64,000 nt of DNA from the human T2T-CHM13v2.0 reference genome, Homo sapiens: assembly GCF_009914755.1 (NCBI RefSeq), contig NC_060929.1; one strand, written 5' to 3'. A program made the translations under genes and the position numbers. A model generated the notes under the pieces. The model was not told the origin of the DNA and did not search any database. It worked only from the letters and a program-made list of their open reading frames with translations. Every line of letters begins with the position of its first letter. Positions within the stretch are counted from its first letter, which is position 1. Below are positions 1-12,398 of this stretch, one piece after another.

Positions 1-739
1 AGTCCCCACAATAGGAAGACTGGAAAGTATATCTAAAGTCACACACAGATCTAACAACCAAACAGAATTCTTATTAGCTTGAGGGGCTTGAACACTTGCC
101 AACTGCTCACCAAACACTGGCTGAACAATAAAATCACACTAATTACTGGTGATTTGGAAGACTGTTCACACATGCAAGACTGCACACCCTCAAGAATGAC
201 TGGAGAAACAATCTTGAGACACTTTTCCTAAACTGCATAAACTGTGAAAACAGTCTGCAAGCTACGCACATATGCAAGAGTAAAGGTGAAAATATAACTA
301 CCTAAGGTGGCCTGAACACAACCTTTCACTAATAAGTGGGAAGGGAGAAATATCTGAGTAGGGCCATTAGAGATTGTACACTACAGAGGAAACAGACATT
401 AGAAAATTGTTCTAAGTAAATATAAGCAAAGAACAAATAAACAAAAACACAAGCCTCAAGATAAGGGGAGAGTTCCACACCCAGAGATGCTACAATATAT
501 TTTCTAAAATGTCCAAGTTTCAAAAAACATTCTAAGGCATGCAGAGAAACTGGGAAAATGTGACCAATACATTGAAAAATTTTACAAGTGGGTAGTAGAA
601 ACTAACTTTGCCAGATGTTGAAACTGGCTGACAAACACTTCAAAGTAGCTATATAAATAAGTTTAAAGACCTAAAAGAAACCATGTTTAGAAAAATTAAA
701 GAAAGGTATAATAAGAATGTTTCATCAATAGGAACCACA

Positions 740-1255
740 CCAAAGAAAAATAAATCATTCTATCAAAAAGACACATGCACTTGGATGTTCATTGCAGCAT
801 TATTTACAATAGTAAAGACATGAAATCAATATAAGTGCCACCAACAGTGGATTGGATAAAGAAAATGTGGAACATATACATCATGGAATACTATGCAACC
901 ATAAAAAATGATGAAATTGTGTCCTTTGCAGCAACATGGATGCCACTGGATGATATTATCCTACACAAATTACATAACTCAAGAACAGAAAACCAAATAC
1001 TGCATGTTCTCACTTACAAGTGGGAACTGAACATTGGGCACACATGGACACAAAGATGGAAACAATAGATACTGGAGATTACTAGAAGGAAAGAATGAAA
1101 GTAGTAGTTACAAAACTACTTATTGGGTATTATGCTCACTATCTAGGTGATGGGATCATTCATAGCCCAAACCTCAGTGTAATGCAATATACCCATGTAA
1201 GAAACCTACACAAGTAATCCCTGGACCTAAAATAAACGTTGAAGTTTTTTAAAAA
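740..1255 (+). mobile_element. 5'-truncated L1 3' end (L1PA15/16-like)
   Basis: ORF2 C-terminus (ORF 835-1068, WIKKMWNIYIMEYY) plus a 3'UTR ending ctaaaataaacgttgaa. AGGAACCACA at 730-739 is repeated at 1615-1624. Confidence 0.9.
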
Positions 1256-1614
1256 GGGAATCAGTTCATGTCCTTTGCAGAGACATGGATGAAACTGGAA
1301 ATCATCATTCTCAGCAAACTAACGCAGGAACAGAAAACCAAACACTGCATGTTTTCACTCATAAGTGGGAGTAGAACAATGAGAACACATGGACACAGGA
1401 AGGGGGTTAGGGGTAAGGGGAGGGATAAGGGGGCCTCTCGGGGGTTGGGGATAAGGCGAGGGATAGCATTAGGAGAAATACCTAATGTAGATAATGGGTT
1501 GATGGGTGCAGCAAACCACCATGGCACATGTATACCTATGTAACAAACCTGCACGCTCTGCACATGTATCCCAGAACTTAAAGTATAATAAAAAATTAAA
1601 TTAAATTAAATTAA
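1251..1614 (+). mobile_element. 5'-truncated L1 3' end (L1PA7-like) with A/T-rich tail
   Basis: gttcatgtcctttgcag...ggagaaatacctaatgtagat...gtatcccagaacttaaagtataataaaaaa. ORF 1268-1543 begins with the L1 ORF2 C-terminal residues. Confidence 0.92.
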
Positions 1615-2290
1615 AGGAACCACAAACAAAGGAACAGGATTTTAAAAATGTATATATAGGGAATTTTGGAGGTGAAAACTACAATGACCAGAATAAAAAC
1701 CTGATGAAAGTGGACCAGCAGTATGTTTGAGTTGAACAATAGAATTTATTTTAAAGTCGATTACAAGAAATTGATATATTCTAGGCAACAGCAAGAAAGA
1801 GGCAGGGATAAAAATAAGCAACCTCACAGACATGTGGGGCACCACTGGGCAAACCAATATACATGTAATGAGAATATCAAAAGGAGTGGGAAGCAGAAAA
1901 GATGTCTGAAGAAATAAGGGTTAAAAATAATTTTGTGAAAAAATTTATGTATACATTTGAGAAGCATAGTGTACCTCAAGAAGAATAAACACAAAGAGAT
2001 CCAAACTCAACACATCATAGATAAAATGTTAAAAGACAGAAAACTTTGAAGGCAGTAAGAGGAAAATACTTAACACATACAAAGGAACCAAAATAAAATT
2101 AACAACTAAGATTTCATCTGAAATAATGGGAACTAGAAGGTTGTGGAATGCCATATTCTAAGTGCTGAAACAAATAGAGAAATTCAACCAAGAATCCTAT
2201 GTCCAGCAAAACCATCTATGACAAATGAAAGCTAACTAAAGATATTCCCAATAAACAAAAACGGAGAGAATTCATTAATAGGAGACTTGC

Positions 2291-2660
2291 TGCAATGGTT
2301 TGAATGTTTCCTCCCAAACTTATTTTGAAATGTATTACTATCATCATGGCTATTAAAAGGTGATTATTCCATAAGGGCTGTGCCCCTACGAATGGATCAA
2401 TGTCATCATCACAGGAGTGAGTTCCTTACTGTGAGAATAGGTTGCTATAAAAGCAAGTTCAACAACCTTTTGCTCTCCAGCACTCTCTTCACTTTCTGCC
2501 TTTTGCCATGAGATGATACAGCACAAAGGCCCTCACCAAATTTTGGTGTCAAGCTCTTGGACTTCTCAGCCTCTGGAGTCATGAGCCAAATGAATTTCTA
2601 TTCTTTATAAATTATCTGGTCTGTAGTATTCTGGTATAGCAACACAAAATGAACTAGACA
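2291..2660 (+). mobile_element. MST-family MaLR solo LTR
   Basis: Termini tgcaatggtttgaatg...agcaacacaaaatgaactagaca (TG...CA), 370 bp long, degenerate 5-bp TSD cttgc/tctgc. Confidence 0.88.
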
Positions 2661-3344
2661 TCTGCCTTACAACAAATACTAAAGGAAATTTTACAGACTG
2701 AAAGGAAGTGACACCAAACAATAATTGAAATCCGTAAGAAAAACACAGAATTCCTTGTAAAAAAAGAAATGTGTAGATAATGGTAAAAACCAGTATAATC
2801 ACAAACGTCTTTTTCCTTATTTTCTTAACTGATTTTAAAAATTCTTACATAATATCTATATAATTATATTGCTGAATCTATACTGTATTGAAATTTAATG
2901 TATTTGATAATAAAAACACACAACAGGGGAATAAGAATGAACCTATATTGGCAACGAATCCATGCAGGAAATGACACCAAATGATAACTCAAGTCCGTGG
3001 AATAAGAAAAAGCCAAAAACGGTAAATTGAAATGCTAACAACAGAAAAACTGCATAAATATATATGTACTCTAATTTCTTTTCTACCTACTTTAAAATAC
3101 ATAGTATTATATGTCAATAATTATAATAATTTAATTGGTTGGTAATACGTAGACATGAGTATGAATAATAGTACAGAAAGTGGAAGGGATGGACCCAAAT
3201 AGAAATAAAATTTTTATATCTTACTTAAATTAGACTAATATAAATATGAAGAAGAGTCTAATAAGTTAAGGTATATATTATGAGTCTTAGAACAATCACT
3301 AAGAAAAATAATACTTCAATAAATATTTTGTAAAATAAATAAAT

Positions 3345-3420
3345 TTATGTAACATGATTAGAACAGTACCTGGAACATGAAAAGTTCTGTATTAGAATTG
3401 TGTGTTACTATTAATATTAT
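3345..3420 (+). mobile_element. MIR 3' fragment
   Basis: atgtaacatgattagaacagtacctggaacat resembles the MIR 3' end. Confidence 0.5.
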
Positions 3421-4300
3421 CATTTTTGTCTCATGAGGGCTAAAAATAATTTCCACTCTAAAATTATTACATTCTAAAAACATGAAAATGAATCTGCCTT
3501 CTCAAAGTTGTGTCTGGAAGAAGAGAAGAGTGGTGAATTGTGAAGATGTTCTTCTCTTTAGAGAACTGTGGGTTGGGAGGGAGCATGAGGAGTACAGATC
3601 ATAGATGAGAAACATTGAGGCAATGCTCTTTCTTGAACCTGTGATGACAGTATTGAAAACATTTCCTGGACACTTGACCTGTGCCTTGAAACAAGTTGAG
3701 TACAAATCTAAGGGTAGATTTCTTAAGACCCTGTGAAACATTTCATGTTCTATGACTTATTTCCATTTGCCTGAGCTCTAATAATTTGTATTAAAATTCT
3801 ATTGTTGGAATTTTAGACAGGCTTATGTCTAGTAATTTGAGTTCCATGCATTTCTATAGAGCGAGAAGCTTGACCCTTTTTGAAAACTAATTTGTTTCCT
3901 GATATAATTTATATAAAGTTCAAGGGAACCAGAAAAGTAAAGTTTTGAAGGAAATGAGGCTTGTTTAATTAACAGTGAGTGAATCATTAGTCTGTGTGAA
4001 ACCACCAATAAAAATAATTGGAGATTAACTCAAATATTTATAGTAACAATAGAAAAAAATAAGGGTTAATTTTAACTTATCGAGGCAACTATCTGATCAA
4101 TTCTGTATTAGGCAATTTTCTATTGAATGTCTCGCAATAATGTTCTGAAGTGAAGGCTTTGTGGTTTAATCATTTGGGGAAAATTAAATGTTTTAAACTC
4201 TGCTTGCATAAGAAAGTATGATACGTGTAATAATTATAGAGGGAAAGAAAATTTGTCAAGTTATCTGAGTTGTTTTAAAATCTCTGATTTCATGATTTTT

Positions 4301-4643
4301 TTAAAAAAAGTTAGATACAGAGGCTCTCCAGGCTGGAGTGCAGTCATAGGATGGTGATAGTCATAGTCATAGCATAGTCAAATGCTATGCCATAGTCATA
4401 GCAAGGGCAATCATAGCTCACTGCAGCCTCGAACTCCTGGACTCAAGTGATCTTCCCACCTCAGCCTCTTGAGTAGCTGGAACTACAGGCACATGCCACT
4501 GGGCCTCGAAAGTTTAAAAAGAAATTTTTTGAGACAAGGTCTCACCATTTTGCCCAGGCTGGGCTCAAACTGCTGGCTTCAAGTAATCCTCCTCCCTCAG
4601 CCTACTGAATAGCTGGGATTACAGGCATGCCAATACATCCAGC
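4301..4643 (-). mobile_element. AluJ-like element with ~60-bp internal insertion
   Basis: Reverse-strand Alu dimer with AluJ-type diagnostics (tcatagctcactgcagcctcgaactcctgg). Probable TSD catgattttt (4291) / catgatattt (4643). Confidence 0.9.
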
Positions 4644-5085
4644 ATGATATTTTACTCTCCCAATTATTATGTATTACATCTTCTGTTCTCCTACTGTAGT
4701 GTTTATGTTAAAAAAAAAAGAGTAAGTGGATTAAAGACACTTTCTATGGACTGCAAAGCCAGAATGTTATGTATTTAACAAAGCCTCCTGGTAATACTAA
4801 AAAATTGTGACAACACTTAATATATTTCCATAAGGTTTTCCTTACAAACATGATCATGAATAAATTATCATCACACTGTTTAATATAAAGTTTGTTTTTC
4901 TATTTGGTACAAAATTTAAAGTTAATTCGTTGTTACTTTAAAATGTATTTCCCCAGTCAAAACTAATACCTTCCATAAGTACTGTGATGTTCTGCAACCC
5001 AGATGTGCGCAGCATTATTTTGATTGTCTGCAGCTTCACATTTGATAAGTTGTTATGCTCACCAACCTGAAATAATATGTTTCTA

Positions 5086-5783
5086 TTTTAATTAATTTCA
5101 ACTTTTAATTTAGATTCTGACGGTACATGTGCAAGTTTGTTATGTGGGTATGTTGTGTGATGTTAAGGTTTGGGGTACCAATAATCCCATCACCTGGACA
5201 GTGAGCACAGTACCCAATAGATAGTTTTTCAGTCCTTACCCTTTTGCCCTCTCCCACCTTGAGGAGCCCCCAGTATCTGTTGCTGCCATCTTTGTGACCA
5301 TGTGTACCCAATGTTTAGCTCCTACTTATAAGTGAGAACATGTAGTATTTGGTTTTCTGTTCCTGCATTAACTTGCTCAGGATAATGGCCTCCAGCTGCA
5401 TTCATGTTGCTGCAAAGGACATGATTTTATTCTTTTTTATGGCCAGTATTCCATGGTGAATATGTACCACATTTTCTTTATCCAGTTCACCATTGTTAGG
5501 AACTTATGTTGATTCCATGTCTTTGCTATTGTAAACAGTGCTGTGATGAACATATGAGTACACGTGTCTTTTTGGGGAGAACGATATATTTCCCTTTGGG
5601 TATATACCTAGTATTGGATTTCTGGGATGAATGGCAGTTCTGTTTTTGGTTCTTTGTGAAATCTCCAAACTGCTTTCCGCAGTGGCTGAGATAATTTACA
5701 TTCCCACCAACAGAGTATAAGTGTTCCCTTTTCTCCGTAGCCTTGCCAGCATCTGTTATGTTTTGTCTTTTTAATAATAGCCA
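5086..5783 (-). mobile_element. 5'-truncated L1 3' end (L1PA15/16-like)
   Basis: Reverse-complement L1 3'UTR and ORF2 end. TSD tgaaataatatgtttcta (5068-5085) / tgaaataatgtgttttcta (5784-5802). Confidence 0.92.
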
Positions 5784-8700
5784 TGAAATAATGTGTTTTC
5801 TAATTTCATGTTATTTTGTTTAATTTTATTCCTGTCACAACTTTTACTATGCTAATGTCAGGTGAGTTCAATTGTCAGAGCCTTCTCTGAGACAAATGAG
5901 AGACAAAGACACATTCTATATTGTGTTTGCTAGGATTTTATAACAAATTCCACTAGTAGGACAACATCTACACTTATGATTTATGTTAAATGCAAAATTT
6001 TACATTTGTTCATATGAGTATGTGTGATGATCACTGTGAAACGCTTCTAAATTGGTAGCCACTCCTACCTGTGGCTCATTGCCTTGTGCCAAAAATGAAT
6101 TGGGCACTTTAAGCAGGCCACCTGCAATTGGATAATTGCAGCAAAGACAATGCCCAGACTTCAGGCCATTGTTTAGCTGGCAATGATCATACCCTAAACA
6201 AAAGGGAAGAGAATCATCTTCAGATAAATGTGTTTAATGCCAACATTTTTATTTAAAAAATAAGCCAGTGTTCGTATACTACAAAGTATGCTTTTTCAGA
6301 ATCATAATGTAATCTTTCCACCCTCTTGACTATTAACACCTCTTGCCTGGAGTTCACACCTTCACTGAGACAACTACTTTTGAGTGGAGCTTTTCAACCT
6401 TTATATCCAAGTATCTTAAAACAGTTGGGGAATTCTTAAAATGCTATTTTTTTTCTTCATGTGTTTGTTCTTATTGTAAGCTCTCTGTTCCATTCTTGGT
6501 CAGAGTCACGATAACATTTTCCTAATTTGGAGGATGCTTTTCGGCATATTTTTAAGGCTTGCTTCATTATGAAACAAATGAACAAGTTGTGGGTCAACAG
6601 TGACAATCAAATACAGAGGCAGATAGGATCATCAGTAGGAAGCAGCTATAATTGTATACAAGGCTTCCATCTCCTAGGTAAGTTTCTCACTTACCTAGTT
6701 CTGTATAATAATCTAGGTGAACAAATGCCAAAGTAGCAAAGAGAATCAGTTCCTAAGGAGGCTTGCAAGTCTTCATTATGATTTTGTTTCACTGCTAACA
6801 GTTAACAATGACAACAAAAACAAAACCAAAAATATTCATTGAAAAATGTGCTGACCTGTTGCCACCCTCGGTGGCTCATTGGATTTTAACCTAATTTATA
6901 CACATTTGATTGTCCCCCTTAAAATTTTAGAGTTCCCAATATAGTAAATTGGAATTTGTTTTGTTTAATAAAAATATTGCCAGATAGCAACTGTCAGTTA
7001 GAAAATTAGATTTAATTTCCCTTTGTAAGTAATTAGCTGTTAGTGTCTCCGCTCTCTTTATGCATATAATTAACTTTTCTAATCAAATATAACTTCTTTG
7101 GTGTTGAAGATAATACTACAAGCTTTGTCATCAAATATTACACTTCCGTTTCATGGCAAACTTAAGTGAAATAAACTGTTTACTGTATTCTACTCATAGG
7201 ATTTTTACATGCAAATGGCAAACAAACAGGAAAGATGTAAAGAGTTTCTAATGGCAAGGTTTCTCTGTTTGGGGAGGCATTTCATTTCTCGACTTCTGTT
7301 TTGAGACTCTGAAATTGTAATCAAGTATATAAAAACTTGGACATGAGCAGGTGTTTGACTGCTCAGCTCTGCACTGTGCCTCTGGGTCACCCTGAGCATC
7401 ATTTACATCAAAACCATTCAACTCAAGCCTGGCTCATTGCCCATGATTCTGGGCTGGAACTCAGAGATGTATCTCTATGACAGAAAAGTAACTGTTTAAG
7501 ACGTGAATAATTTAGCTACAAGGCTTAACTTAGTGACATATAGCTTTAAAAAGGTAATTGAATATTTAATTTATACATTTAATTTGTGTGGAGGCATGAT
7601 CTTTTAAGCAGAAAATTAATTAATACTTATTCCTGAATTAGCTATGTAATCATTCTTACTTAACTGGTGGTGGTCTGCTTTGGATATTAGTAACCTCCAT
7701 AAGATCTCAGCAAAATATGCAAAATACTGTGTGGCTATTATATTTGATATTGGAAAAGCAGTAAATATAAAAACAGCTTTAAAAATTATTGTTCATTGAA
7801 AAAATGCCAATCCTATTAATACTGTCTATACAGATTTTGCTCAACTAAGAAAAACCATTGCTGTCCGAAGCAAATAATGTGGGAAGGGCAAAAATTATTA
7901 TAACAAACCCAGGTATTCTGCTCTGATCTCATTGCATAATTATAAATCTTGTAAAGTACTTTTACTCGGGCCAATATTAGATTATGGCTGTCAGCTACAA
8001 ATACTGAAAAAGAAAAGTATATTTAGAGAATAATCTATTTTGCAGCATTTCTAGCTTTACCTAAAGAAAATCATTTCAAATGTTTTGCCTTGAATACTGT
8101 GAGAAAAAAAGTTCATTGTCTCTTTAGAATAAAAATAGGAAAATAATCTGAATTTATATTAAAAAATGTGTAACCCCCCAGGTTTTCTCCTTAGCATTGC
8201 AAAATATTTTATTTAATATTAATTGGCCGCTTACATTAGTATCTTCTTTATTTCCTTGTTTTGCTGTAATAAACAAGCTATCTAAAGATTAAGTTACTTA
8301 TATATAATCCATTCTCAAAATTAAAAAAAGTTAACACTGTTATGATTTAGACAAAAAAATTCAAGTTTTATGGATTCGTTAAATGTTCTGAGCACACATT
8401 TTTATTGACGTGCATATGTAAATGTGAGTAAAAAAAAACTACTGCCAATAAAATGACTTTTTTCCACAATGTGAATTATTTATTATGACATGCAATATAT
8501 TTCATGGTTATGTACTTAGGAAATATCAACTCATTTTAATGTTAGTGTCAACACACCATAATTAGTAAATAAAATTTTCTCTGCTAGAGTGTATTCCAAA
8601 GCCAAACAAATTATTTTAGATATTCAGACACTTCTATTAACATGGATAACTTAGAGTTGACCCTGTGAGTGTGTGTGTAGACCTTTTTATAGATAAATTA

Positions 8701-9459
8701 TACTTAATCACTTTTATTATTCTTATTAAATAGAAATACAAACTAATAAGAAATAATGCAATTTTAAATTTTCTTTAAAAATTAATGTCTCTGAATATAT
8801 GACATGACAAATGACTAAGATAAGACAAAATAATTCCGATTTTATTCTTGTAGTATTAATATATGCAAATAGGAAAGAATGACATTTGCTTCAGCTTTCT
8901 AGCAAATATATTACTGTTAATGTATATTGAATATGCATTAAAGGGAGAAATTTGCCTTTTAGCTCTGGTGAACTAATAATTCAAATTGTTATAAAGTTTT
9001 AAGTTCTCACATTAAGAGGCTATTTTAGAGTAAAAACAAAAATACCACTTTCATACTTACGTCATTTCCACAAATAAAGAAAAGCAATACAAAGTTCAAT
9101 GGTGATGCTCATTGAATGTCTCAGTTATTTCTAAAATAATTGCCAGGATGTACCATAGTCATTTAAATTATATAACTCTCTTAATCAAGTTTTGTCAGTC
9201 ATTTACTGTCAATGCTTATATTCTCCTAAAGCCAGATACAGGAATAAGACACTGTGTAGCTATAAATTGTGATCTGTTTTTATAGAAGTGTCATGATGTA
9301 GTGTAACATCCTCTATAAAGTATATGAAGCTTCAGAGAAAGGACAGAGTCAAAATTGTATTTCTTGGGATTTTTTCTCATAGAACGAAACTGTACGCTTG
9401 TGCTCTCAACTGTTTAGCCTTAAAATTACCTTTAAGTTTACTAAATAATTACTGCTTAT

Positions 9460-9990
9460 CAAGCAGGTACCAGAAATGTTAAGAAGTATAAGTGATATAA
9501 AATGGATCTTCTGACTTAGAGGAATTTATTATCTTGATTTGGGATATAATCTGTTCACAAAAATATTAAACAGTAGAAGACTGTGGACAGTATGAGTATT
9601 GGAAAGACTAATGTTACATTATTAGAATTATTTTAATTACAAGAGTAGAGTGGACTTGAGGGTTCAATGAAAGACTTATGTGAAATTTGAGTTCAGTTGA
9701 ATTTTATGGAATAATGAAAAGGCTTGACGGATTAAGGAAAAAAGTGGTAAGCATTCCAGAGAGTGCAGCACAGAAGAAGAAAATCCAAGAAATCAGGTTT
9801 TATTTGGGCATGTGAGTCTTCCAGAAAAGGAATTGGGGAGTGGTGACAGGTAAGTTGTATCCAAATTAAGAATAGACAGAAAAGTCAATTTGAAAAGTTT
9901 GATCTTTTTCTCTTGAGAATCAGGACTTTTCATCATTCTATGCAGATAAATGATAGTGATGGGCTATCTTTAGGGGCTGCGTTTGGGGAA
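9460..9990 (-). mobile_element. Degenerate L2 fragment
   Basis: Purine-rich tract resembling the reverse complement of the L2 3' region. Highly diverged. Confidence 0.45.
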
Positions 9991-10419
9991 ATTGACCTCT
10001 GCATCATCAGGTGGACAGAATCTCCAAAATAAGCTTATACGTGTACCAAGAAAGGAAGAGAGATTGTCTTCGAATACCTATTCTTTCTTCCCTGAACCAT
10101 ATATTTCTTTCCTAAATCTCTCCCCGCCCCCACCACACACACACAAGTCAGCTTTTATTTACCTGGATTTCATAGGAAGAGAGTCATGACTAATAAATTC
10201 AAAAGCCAAAAGTAATTTTGGCTTGGCTTTGTAATGCTTAGAAATATGTGTATCAAGTCATATTTATTTTATCAGTTATTTTTGTTGCACTGATATTAAG
10301 ATGCACTTCATAGTAGGTTTGCCTTATATTGTAGCCATATCAGGCTTTTTGCCATTTTCTGAACATACCATCTGCTTAGCTGATTCTGCACATGGGCCCC
10401 TGCAAGTCTCATGCCAGTA

Positions 10420-10580
10420 ATATTAATTTTAACTACTATCACATTCTCCAGCGTGCCAACCACTGTGCCAAGTGCTTTTCATTTATCAGCTCATATAATC
10501 CTTACAATAATCCTATTCTTTTAAATGAGATAATTGAGACCCAGAGAGATCAGTAACTAATTCCATTCCACACTAGGTCA
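10420..10580 (-). mobile_element. MIR
   Basis: cactgtgccaagtgcttttcatttatcagctcatataatccttacaataatccta...aaatgagataattgagacccagagag, the MIR core in reverse. Confidence 0.75.
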
Positions 10581-12080
10581 TGACATCATTGAGGGATGAT
10601 TCTATATATTCATCTTTCTCCTACCAGTGACTGTCATAGTGATAGTAAATGTTGGCTGATTAAATACCTAATGGTGGAAGAGGAAAACATAGGTAATTGT
10701 GCTAACCTTGAAAGGGCCAACATTATGTAAAATGATATCATACTTAATGTGGACAAGATATGAAAGTTAGGGAATTAATATTCATGTGAAAGACAAGTAG
10801 TGATCTAGTAAATTAGTGAAGTTAGAATGCGATTATTAGAGATCAGTCTTGCTGCATATCATCAACCCTTATGCATAGCCATATCTTAGACTTTACTATT
10901 ACTAAAATAATTTCATTTTTAATATTTTAAACTATGAAACAGCACTTCTAGACCAAAACATTCAATACTAATAAATATCTCTCCCTTGTTTAGTTTACAA
11001 TCTATCAAGATATGCTATGCTTTTCTCTACAATTTTCTCCAAGGAAACATAGTCACCTTATTCTAATTCCCCACTCAGACTGGTGATGAGTTGGCCTACT
11101 AGCTCATTAATGGTCTCATAATTATGGTTTTTGTTTCCTTCTGCTGTACTCATCAGCCAGTCCCTAACTCTGGTTAAATATTGCAATTTGTTATCTATCT
11201 TATTGCAGTAAGAAAATAAAAACTTTTGGAAAAAAATTGCAATAATTTAGGGGATGGTATAAAGATACAACTTCAATATCACTGTTTTCAGTTTTAGGTT
11301 TAGTTGAACTACTACTTGTCAATCCCTTTTTTAAAATGTATTTGTGTCCTGTTTTTATTCAGAGGATTACTTAATAACTCTGAAAGTCACTTTGGTTCCT
11401 TACCAAACTTTGAAACCATTATTCTTAGAATTAGTACACCTCTGACTTCCTTTACCAAACTGTTGGCCTACATTTCTGCAATGCTTATTAAGCCTTTATA
11501 CTTACATTTGTCTTACTTATTCTAAAATCCCTGGAACTTAACACATTCTATAGACTATCACAAGTAATGAGCAAACATTCTCTTGAATCAATAAATATGA
11601 TAATTAGGGAGTTAATGTAAGTGAGGTTGATAAAAAAATTGGTAGTTAGAAGTTGGAATAAGGTATTAAATCTGAAGATGGACAAGAGAAGTAGCAAGAA
11701 CAGACATCGAAAAGTTGAATATAAGTGCTTGAAATAAGGTTGAAGCCTCTATCACCAGAAATGACAATTTCTGAATTGTAACTACAATCAGTTAAGCCTT
11801 TAGATTGAGTTTTATGAAGAAACAGCACAATCATGCCATCTTTAGGTTCTAGATTTCAAGGAATCAGAGAATGTAGTCCATGAGAGGGAATGCAGTGAAT
11901 ATTCTACAGAGATTAGAGTACAGTAAAATGTGTGGTAGCACAGGAGAGTTAGATGATACCATACCCTCTATTTTTGTTGAAATTACTGGGCACAGAAGCC
12001 CTGACATTAATAGAAACTTCCTCTTCCTCTTAATTTGAAAAGAATCACTTGAACAAATTGCATATATAGACTAGCAATAG

Positions 12081-12398
<318 letters not shown>

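Larger units (their letters stand above)
1..3310 (+). mobile_element. Ancient L1M (L1MC/MD-like) 5' region: ORF1 and inter-ORF remnant, interrupted by two younger L1 3' ends (740-1614) and an MST LTR (2291-2660)
   Basis: A-rich, degenerate L1 ORF1-like sequence (gccagatgttgaaactggctgacaaacacttcaaagtagct; caaccaagaatcctatgtccagcaaaaccatc; ctgccttacaacaaatactaaaggaa) that resumes after each insertion. Boundaries are approximate. Confidence 0.7.

Noticed and set aside
10203-10224. 9-bp-arm hairpin aagccaaaa-gtaa-ttttggctt (also an 8-bp-arm hairpin at 61640-61663)
   Set aside because: Several such inverted repeats are expected by chance in 64 kb of AT-rich DNA, and there is no supporting context.
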